Part shown: positions 57,622-64,000 of the stretch, piece after piece | Layout of the letters: each line of letters begins with the position of its first letter | Numbering within the stretch: position 1 is the stretch's first letter | Source: an uncultured Lachnospiraceae bacterium | Lineage (GTDB): Bacteria > Bacillota > Clostridia > Lachnospirales > Lachnospiraceae | Assembly (NCBI GenBank): GCA_949502235.1 | Contig: CATBDC010000012.1 | Coordinates: 7,473 to 71,472 of the forward strand | Direction: 5' to 3' | Length of the DNA stretch: 64,000 bases | Made by a program: the position numbers and the translations under genes | Notes under the pieces: model-generated | Seen by the model: only the letters and a program-made list of their open reading frames with translations | What the model was told of the DNA's origin: nothing | The model's database searches: none

Positions 57622-58401
57622 ATGATGATGATTTTCTGGGGGCTTATGATTCCCTTTATGGGCACTACTCTGGGAGCAGCCTGTGTGCTGTTTATGAGAA
57701 AGGATTTAAAGCCCGGTATACAAAAAGCGCTTCTTGGGTTTGCAGCGGGGGTGATGGTTGCGGCGTCTGTGTGGTCCCTTCTGATTCCTGCCATGAATAT
57801 GTCGGGGCATATGGGAAAGCTTGCGTTTTTCCCTGCGGCAGTAGGTTTTCTGCTTGGAATTGGTTTTCTCCTGCTTCTGGACAGGGCAGTTCCCCATATG
57901 CATATTGGTTCAGAGGAAACAGAAGGGCCGCGATGCGTGTTAAGCCGCTCTGCCATGCTGGTGCTGGCAGTTACCATTCACAATATACCGGAGGGAATTT
58001 CAAGTGGTGCGGTTTTTGCAGGACTTCTGACAGATAATGCAAATGTGACGGCAGCGGGGGCATTTGCGCTGGCGGCGGGAATTGCTATTCAGAACCTTCC
58101 TGAGGGATTTATTGTGTCACTGCCCATACGAAGCGAAGGGGGAGGAAGATGGAAGGCGTTTCTTTATGGAACACTATCGGGAATTGTGGAACCAATAGCA
58201 GGAGGAATTACGGTGCTTCTTGCCGCCTACATTACGCCTGCGCTCCCGTATCTTCTGGCATTTGCGGCCGGGGCAATGATCTATGTGGTAGTGGAAGAGC
58301 TGGTGCCGGAGTCGGCAGAAGGGGAGCACAGTAATATTGGAACCATCGGCTTTGCAGCAGGGTTTGTACTGATGATGATTTTGGATGTGGCACTTGGATA
58401 A
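57622..58401 (+). CDS. ZIP family metal (zinc) transporter
   Basis: TM-rich, with HNIPEG and QNLPEG motifs. AAAGGAG lies 5 nt upstream of ATG 57622. Confidence 0.85.
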   Translation: MMMIFWGLMIPFMGTTLGAACVLFMRKDLKPGIQKALLGFAAGVMVAASVWSLLIPAMNMSGHMGKLAFFPAAVGFLLGIGFLLLLDRAVPHMHIGSEETEGPRCVLSRSAMLVLAVTIHNIPEGISSGAVFAGLLTDNANVTAAGAFALAAGIAIQNLPEGFIVSLPIRSEGGGRWKAFLYGTLSGIVEPIAGGITVLLAAYITPALPYLLAFAAGAMIYVVVEELVPESAEGEHSNIGTIGFAAGFVLMMILDVALG

Positions 58402-58414
58402 AGGGAGTATTGGT

Positions 58415-58894
58415 ATGCGGATTACTTTGGTGGCTGTGGGAAAGGTGAAAGAAAAGTATTTAAGAGATGCTGTTTCGGAATATTCAAAGCGTCTGGGAAA
58501 ATACTGCAGGTTAGAGATGATTGAAGTGGCGGATGAAAGTACAAAGGAGCACGCCAGTAAGTCTGAGGAGGAGGCCATCCGCGCAAAAGAAGGGGAACGG
58601 ATATTGAAGCATATAAGGGATAACGCATATGTGATTACACTGGAGATTCAGGGAAAGCAGATGTCCTCGGAGGAGCTGGCCGATAAGATGGAGGGGCTTT
58701 TTGTGCAGGGAAAAAGCCATATTATGTTTATCATCGGGGGTTCTACCGGTCTTGGAAAGGAAGTGTTGAAGCGGTCGGACTATAGGCTTAGCTTTTCCAG
58801 GATGACGTTTCCCCATCAGCTGATGCGGGTGATTCTTTTAGAGCAGATTTACAGAGGGTTCCGGATTATAAACGGGGAACCGTATCATAAATAG
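58415..58894 (+). CDS. rlmH: 23S rRNA (pseudouridine1915-N3)-methyltransferase RlmH
   Basis: 159 aa. MRITLVAVGKVKEKYL N-terminus and a C-terminal SPOUT knot (FIIGGSTGL...LSFSRMTFPHQL...EQIYR). Confidence 0.93.
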   Translation: MRITLVAVGKVKEKYLRDAVSEYSKRLGKYCRLEMIEVADESTKEHASKSEEEAIRAKEGERILKHIRDNAYVITLEIQGKQMSSEELADKMEGLFVQGKSHIMFIIGGSTGLGKEVLKRSDYRLSFSRMTFPHQLMRVILLEQIYRGFRIINGEPYHK

Positions 58895-58909
58895 GGAGTG
58901 AACAGTAAC
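58895..58909. repeat. Half-copy of the dispersed repeat (GGAGTGAACAGTAAC), directly after the rlmH stop codon
   Basis: Identical to 55023-55037. Confidence 0.8.
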
Positions 58910-58988
58910 TGAAAAATTGGATTGAGTATATGGAAGACGCGTGCTAAAATAGAATTTAAGAATTTCGTTTTGAGGAGGCAGATATTTC

Positions 58989-61007
58989 ATGTCAGAACAA
59001 GAAATAAGCAGGGAAGAAGAGCAGTCAGGGCTTTTAACTGCTATTGAAAATACAGATATATGCAGTTTTTGGTATTTTCCCCAGGAGAAGCTTATTACGA
59101 TTAATGAAAGAACGGCCAGAATGTATTCCTGCAGGCGGGAATATGCGGATATGCCGGTAAGCTTTGCAGAGGATTTTGTTCATCCTGCTACCAGGGCAGC
59201 TTTTTATGAGATGTACCGCAGGATTGACGCGGGGGAAGACACGGCCCATGCTTCATTTAGCAGCATTGACCGGAAGAACTGGTGTACGGTTACTCTTACA
59301 ACAATTGCCCATGACGAAACAGGAAGGCCGTTAAAAGCCTTCGGGGTTATACAGAATATTTCGGAGATGAAGCTTCAGGAGGCGGAATACCACAGCAGCA
59401 GGAGAACTCTTTCGAGTATTATTGATGCCTTAAGCAAAATCTATATGTTTAACTATTACATAGACCTTACCACCGGAAAATTCAAAGAGATTGTAGGCCT
59501 TGATTATATTACCTCTATTCTCGGCACAGCAGGGGATGCGGCTTATGCGTTCCGGCAGTTTACAGAAACACTTATAGAGTCTAATTATAAGAAAGCATTT
59601 GAGGATTTTGTTAATCTGGATACCCTGGCAGAGAGAATCGGAAGCCGGCAGAATATCTCTCTTGAGTATTTAAGTATCCGGATGGGCTGGTGCCGCGCCA
59701 GCTTTATCGTGGTGAACCGGGATGACGAGGGAATTCCTGTTCAGGTGGGCTTTGTTGTGGAAAATATCAGTGCTCAGAGAAAAAAAGAGCTGGAGGCAAA
59801 GGAGAGCCTTGAACGGGCCTATGAGGCGGCCAACAGGGCCAATGCCAGCAAGTCTGCATTTTTAAGTAATATGTCTCATGACATACGGACGCCCATGAAT
59901 GCGATTGTGGGTTTTTCAGCCATTGCTTCGGCGCATCTTGATGATAAGGAGCGGGTGGCGGACTGTATTGCCAAAATAACGGCATCTGGAAGGCACCTGT
60001 TATCTATCATTAACGAAGTGCTTGATATGAGCCGGATCGAGAGCGGAAAAATAAAGCTTTTGGAGAAGCGGGTAAGACTTTCCGTGATTTTGCGTGATTT
60101 TATGGATATGATGCTGGAACAGGCAAATGCAAAGGATCTGCGGCTTTCTCTTAAGACCGGTGATTTACTTCATGATTACGTATATGCAGATGAAGCAAAG
60201 CTTCAGAGAGTGCTTCTAAATCTTGTGGGAAATGCTGTAAAATTTACTCCGGCAGGCGGAGAGGTTTTTATCTGTGTCTCGGAAAAACAGCAGGCAGATC
60301 CAGAATATGGTAATTATATCATATCTGTCAGGGATACGGGAATCGGCATGAGCAGTGAATTTCTTCCCCATGTGTTTGAACCCTTTGAGAGGGAAGAGAC
60401 GTCAACAGTCAGCAGGGTGGAAGGAACGGGCCTTGGTATGCCGATCACAAAAAATCTTGTGGAGATGATGGGCGGAACAATCCGCGTAGAAAGCGAGCAG
60501 GGGAAAGGTAGTACATTTACGATAGAACTGCCCCTTAGGCTTTGGGAGGATATGGAAGAAGAGCCTGTGCCTGCGAAGGATATACTTTCAAAGAAGGAAA
60601 TCCTGGAAAAAATGAAGAAGGCGGTTCTCGGCAGACGGATTCTCCTGGCAGAGGATAATGAGCTGAATCAGGAGATTGCAGTGGAGATACTGGCGGAGGC
60701 CGGTTTCCTGGTTGATACGGCACATAATGGGAAGGAAGCAGTGGAAAAAATTGCTGACTCCGGGGAAGGAGATTATGATTTGATTCTTATGGACATCCAG
60801 ATGCCGGTTATGGACGGCTATGAGGCGGCGGGTGTGATCAGGAAGATGACAGAAGGATGGCTTCGCAGGCTGCCGATAATCGCAATGACGGCCAACGTCT
60901 TTGATGAGGACCGGAAAAAGGCATTAGAGGCAGGAATGGACGGGCATCTGGCAAAGCCGATTGATGTCAGTATATTATTTAGTACCCTGTATGAGATTTT
61001 TAAGTAG
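58989..61007 (+). CDS. Cytoplasmic hybrid sensor histidine kinase / response regulator (PAS-like x2, HisKA, HATPase_c, REC)
   Basis: H-box SHDIRTPMNAI, N/G boxes (LLNLVGNAVKFT, DTGIGM, GTGLGM), receiver LILMDIQMPVMDG. No TM segment. Confidence 0.9.
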   Translation: MSEQEISREEEQSGLLTAIENTDICSFWYFPQEKLITINERTARMYSCRREYADMPVSFAEDFVHPATRAAFYEMYRRIDAGEDTAHASFSSIDRKNWCTVTLTTIAHDETGRPLKAFGVIQNISEMKLQEAEYHSSRRTLSSIIDALSKIYMFNYYIDLTTGKFKEIVGLDYITSILGTAGDAAYAFRQFTETLIESNYKKAFEDFVNLDTLAERIGSRQNISLEYLSIRMGWCRASFIVVNRDDEGIPVQVGFVVENISAQRKKELEAKESLERAYEAANRANASKSAFLSNMSHDIRTPMNAIVGFSAIASAHLDDKERVADCIAKITASGRHLLSIINEVLDMSRIESGKIKLLEKRVRLSVILRDFMDMMLEQANAKDLRLSLKTGDLLHDYVYADEAKLQRVLLNLVGNAVKFTPAGGEVFICVSEKQQADPEYGNYIISVRDTGIGMSSEFLPHVFEPFEREETSTVSRVEGTGLGMPITKNLVEMMGGTIRVESEQGKGSTFTIELPLRLWEDMEEEPVPAKDILSKKEILEKMKKAVLGRRILLAEDNELNQEIAVEILAEAGFLVDTAHNGKEAVEKIADSGEGDYDLILMDIQMPVMDGYEAAGVIRKMTEGWLRRLPIIAMTANVFDEDRKKALEAGMDGHLAKPIDVSILFSTLYEIFK

Positions 61008-61022
61008 AAGGGAGATGCGGCT

Positions 61023-61547
61023 GTGGAAAAAAAGAAGAGAGCTCTCCATGAGCTTCTTGAATGGTCAAAGGTTCTGGTGACGGCATTTGCGGCGGCTCTT
61101 TTTATCAGCAATGTCATTGTAACAAGTGCAAAGGTGCCGACAGGCTCCATGGAGGAAACTATTATGCCGGGGAGCAGAGTGCTTGTAAACCGCCTTGCTT
61201 ATCTGTCCTCCGAACCGGAAAGAGGGGATGTGGTGACGTTCTATTATCCGGATGATGAGGACACAGTATATTTAAAGCGGATTATGGGCCTGCCGGGAGA
61301 AACAGTGGAGGGGATTGACGGAGCGGTATATATCGATGGAAAGCCCATAGAGAAGGACTATACCGACCAGAAGCTTAATTCGGATTTCGGACCTTATAGG
61401 GTGCCGGAGGGCATGTATTTCGTAATGGGTGATAACAGAAATAATTCATGGGATTCCAGGTTCTGGGACAATAAGTTCGTTGCAGAGGACAAGATAATCG
61501 GCAGGGTTGAGATAGAATACTTTCCGGAGCTTAAACGGTTTCCGTAG
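61023..61547 (+). CDS. lepB: Signal peptidase I
   Basis: TM anchor, catalytic Ser box (PTGSMEET), Lys box (YLKRIMGLPGE) and GDNRNNSWDSR. GTG start. Confidence 0.92.
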   Translation: MEKKKRALHELLEWSKVLVTAFAAALFISNVIVTSAKVPTGSMEETIMPGSRVLVNRLAYLSSEPERGDVVTFYYPDDEDTVYLKRIMGLPGETVEGIDGAVYIDGKPIEKDYTDQKLNSDFGPYRVPEGMYFVMGDNRNNSWDSRFWDNKFVAEDKIIGRVEIEYFPELKRFP

Positions 61548-61580
61548 AGGGAATGGTGAAAAGGAGGGGGTGTAACAATT

Positions 61581-63155
61581 ATGGGTTTGTATGTAAATCC
61601 GGGGAACAGGGCATTTAGAGAGGCTGTAAACTCCACGATTTATGTGGATAAAAGCGGCCTGATTTCCTATACGGACAGTGTGTTAAATACAAAACAGAAG
61701 TATGTGTGTGTCAGCCGGCCCCGCCGTTTCGGAAAGACTATGGCAGCCGATATGCTGGCAGCGTATTATAGCAGGGGCTGTGATTCGAAGGAAGTATTTG
61801 CCGGGCTTCTGGCAGCGCAGTCGGAGGCATACAAGGAGAATCTGAACCGTCATAATGTGATTCGCCTGGATGTGCAGCAGTTTCTGTTTCATGAGTCGCA
61901 TCTTGAAATTTTTATCCGTAAGATGCAGGAGGCAGTTATTAAAGAGTTGGGAGAAGTGTATGGAAACTGCTTTGAAGTAGATCTCTATGGCCTTCCGGAT
62001 GTCCTGAAACAGGTCTATGCTTCTACAGGAGAGGGATTCATATTTATTATAGACGAGTGGGACTGTGTATTCCGTATCGCGAAGGAAGATACAAGAGCGC
62101 AGAAGGAGTATCTTGATTTTCTCAGGGGTCTTTTTAAGGGACAGGATTATGTGGAGCTGGCATATATGACGGGAATCCTTCCTATAAAAAAATATGGTGA
62201 ACATTCGGCGATAAATATTTTTGATGAGTATTCTGTAACAGATCCGGCTGAACTGGCTGAATTTTTCGGATTTACAGAAAGTGAGGTCTGTAATTTGTGT
62301 ACAGAAAATAAGGTTGATTTTTCCATGCTAAAGGAATGGTATGACGGTTATCTGCTGAATGGCCTGCATATTTATAATCCAAAATCCGTTGTTGATGTTA
62401 TGCGGCGCAAAAAATTTAAAAGCTACTGGACCGGTACGGAAACTTATGAGGCGCTGAAGGTCTATATCGAGCGCAATTTTGACGGCTTAAGAGAAGCGGT
62501 GGCGGGCATGCTGGGAAACGCCCGGTGCAGGATTGATCCTACGACCTTTCAGAATGATATGACAACCTTTCACACAAAGGATGATGTTTTAACTCTTTTG
62601 ATCCATTTGGGATATCTGACTTATGATGAAGATACAAGCGAGGTTTTTATCCCGAATAAAGAGGTTGAACAGGAATTTATGAGGGCTGTGAAGGTTGGAG
62701 GATGGGGAAGGCTTATGGAGACGCTGAATCGGTCGGAAGAGCTTTTGAAAAGCACCTGGGAGCTGGATGGAGACGCGGTAGCGAAAGGGGTAGAGGAGGC
62801 CCGCAGAGATACGGCTTCCATTATCCAGTATAATGATGAAAATTCACTTGCCTGCGCCTTATGCGCCGCATATGCGGCTTCACAGGCTTACTATGCGAAG
62901 CCTCTTAGAGAACTGCCGGGAGGCAGAGGCTTTGCCGATGTGGTTTATATTCCTCTTAGGAATGTAGACCGTCCGGCGCTGCTGATTGAGCTGAAGTGGA
63001 ATAAATCTGCAGAAGGAGCTATCCGGCAGATTAAGGATAAAAAATACGGAGACTGGCTTAAGAGCTATACAGGGGATATTCTTCTCGTTGGAATTAATTA
63101 TGATAAAAAAAAGGATATTCATGAATGTATTATTGAGAAATATACAAAAGAATAA
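61581..63155 (+). CDS. AAA-ATPase-like + PD-(D/E)XK nuclease (PDDEXK_9 / DUF1703-type) fusion protein, second paralog
   Basis: YVDKSGLI...SRPRRFGKTM N-terminal motif. C-terminal GFADVVYIP...ALLIELKW nuclease-like motif. Confidence 0.8.
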   Translation: MGLYVNPGNRAFREAVNSTIYVDKSGLISYTDSVLNTKQKYVCVSRPRRFGKTMAADMLAAYYSRGCDSKEVFAGLLAAQSEAYKENLNRHNVIRLDVQQFLFHESHLEIFIRKMQEAVIKELGEVYGNCFEVDLYGLPDVLKQVYASTGEGFIFIIDEWDCVFRIAKEDTRAQKEYLDFLRGLFKGQDYVELAYMTGILPIKKYGEHSAINIFDEYSVTDPAELAEFFGFTESEVCNLCTENKVDFSMLKEWYDGYLLNGLHIYNPKSVVDVMRRKKFKSYWTGTETYEALKVYIERNFDGLREAVAGMLGNARCRIDPTTFQNDMTTFHTKDDVLTLLIHLGYLTYDEDTSEVFIPNKEVEQEFMRAVKVGGWGRLMETLNRSEELLKSTWELDGDAVAKGVEEARRDTASIIQYNDENSLACALCAAYAASQAYYAKPLRELPGGRGFADVVYIPLRNVDRPALLIELKWNKSAEGAIRQIKDKKYGDWLKSYTGDILLVGINYDKKKDIHECIIEKYTKE

Positions 63156-63169
63156 ACGTACTTTCCCAT

Positions 63170-63209
63170 AAGTCCTGCAAGACCTCATTTTATACGGCTT
63201 GCAGGACTT
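63170..63209. other. Perfect 12-bp-stem hairpin without a T-tract
   Basis: AAGTCCTGCAAG pairs with CTTGCAGGACTT across a 16-nt loop. Confidence 0.6.
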
Positions 63210-63265
63210 GGCTATGTAAGACAGTTTTATCGGGTGCAGGTGTAAAAAAGAAAGGGACTGAAAAT

Positions 63266-63451
63266 ATGAATGAAAAATATTTGAACTCTGCAATTCTTTT
63301 TGCAAGGCTGTACGGAATTGCCGAAACGCTCAATCCGTGGGGATATATTGAAAATGAAAAATTTATCTACATAATAAGAGAATGGACAGATGAATTTGCA
63401 AGCATGGAAAATGGGGATATTCTAAAATTCTTTGAATCGAAATTCGAATAA
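63266..63451 (+). CDS. Hypothetical small acidic protein
   Basis: 61-aa ORF. No recognisable motif. Confidence 0.35.
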   Translation: MNEKYLNSAILFARLYGIAETLNPWGYIENEKFIYIIREWTDEFASMENGDILKFFESKFE

Positions 63452-63456
63452 AAGAG

Positions 63457-63495
63457 GCAGGACAATTGACTGTATTAAGTAATTGTCCTGCTTTT
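63457..63495. terminator. Bidirectional terminator between convergent small genes
   Basis: GCAGGACAATT pairs with AATTGTCCTGC and is followed by TTTT. An A/T-rich tract lies on the other side. Confidence 0.7.
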
Positions 63496-63700
63496 AAATA
63501 TCTTCGATTCTGTATTCTAATATGTCCGATACTTGACATTCTAAAATCTCACAAAGTAAATTTAATGTTTTTGTTGTAATGTCTTTTCCGTGCTTCATCC
63601 TATGGAGCGTATTTGCTGGAACTCCATGCTTAAAGATAAGGGCGTACTCTGTAATACCTTTTTGCAAGAGGGTATTGTAAAAAGGCTGATATGAAATCAT
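63494..63700 (-). CDS. XRE-family helix-turn-helix transcriptional regulator (short, ~68 aa)
   Basis: The HTH runs from the internal Met (MISYQPFYNTLLQKGITEYALIFKHGVPANTLHRMKHGKDITTKTL). AAGGAG lies 8 nt upstream of that ATG. The longer track ORF (to 63820) adds non-protein-like sequence. Confidence 0.75.
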   Translation of the reverse strand: MISYQPFYNTLLQKGITEYALIFKHGVPANTLHRMKHGKDITTKTLNLLCEILECQVSDILEYRIEDI

Positions 63701-64000
63701 AGGGGAATCTCCTTTCGACTTTCTAAAAATCATATCATACCTAATCTGTTGACTATGCCTAAAATATAGAGTATAATTTGGGATGAGGAAAATTCTTCCA
63801 AGAATGAGAAGAATTTTCATAAAGATAAAGTTTTTGCATATAGCAAAGGAAGGAGGTCACTGTTAATTCTGACAAATTACATATCCAAAAACGATATTAG
63901 AATGACAAGTTTTGCAGAAAAAATGTTTCTTATTTGGAAATGGGCTATAATTTCTTTGTTTCATTTTGCTTTGCTTTGAGAATGGAAGTATCCACATTGA

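Noticed and set aside
63902-63979. 25-aa hydrophobic ORF (MTSFAEKMFLIWKWAIISLFHFALL) divergent from the XRE gene, as a possible type I toxin
   Set aside because: There is no Shine-Dalgarno at the right distance from its ATG. The strong SD at 63847-63857 has no canonical start codon after it. Too short to evaluate at the window edge.
1-64000. CRISPR arrays, rRNA/tRNA genes, integrases, IS transposases, known defence operons
   Set aside because: None seen. There are no regularly spaced direct repeats, no tRNA-like T-arm or acceptor signatures in the non-coding gaps, and no ORF with recombinase, transposase (other than the Rpn-type gene) or restriction/Cas-like motifs.

Overview
This is a chromosomal segment from a Gram-positive anaerobe. 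Gene content and order point to Bacillota, class Clostridia, probably Lachnospiraceae-like; that assignment is an inference. I call about 58 protein-coding genes, and all but two are on the + strand. The conserved backbone is: spoIID-like (partial), GT2, plsX-acpP-rnc-smc-ftsY, ilvA, a MATE pump, a putative Re-citrate synthase/GntR/icd unit, an ABC-F ATPase (-), rex, nnr-alr-mazF, a corC-like gene, yebC, metY, tepA-ftsK, fhs-folD, a regulator plus potABCD, a Fe-ADH, nfnAB, a ZIP transporter, rlmH, a hybrid histidine kinase and lepB. The accessory, AT-richer insertions are: an Rpn-family PD-(D/E)XK nuclease gene; a roughly 9.4 kb LacI-controlled sugar locus with two DUF2961/GH172 paralogs, an ABC importer and an 899-aa protein of unassigned function; two paralogous AAA-ATPase/PD-(D/E)XK (DUF1703-type) genes; and several small hypothetical ORFs. 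I found no rRNA, tRNA, CRISPR array, integrase or recognisable defence operon. The items most worth follow-up are: (1) the GH172 locus and its 899-aa protein; (2) a dispersed short repeat family (core GTGAACAGTAAC), including a 133-bp MITE-like copy flanked by 8-bp direct repeats; (3) a MazF/EndoA ortholog with no adjacent antitoxin; (4) a duplicated ~100-bp promoter/leader in front of two unrelated ORFs; (5) three candidate operator sites, for the GntR, LacI and Rex regulators. All functional calls come from motif recognition in the translated ORFs. No database search was run.
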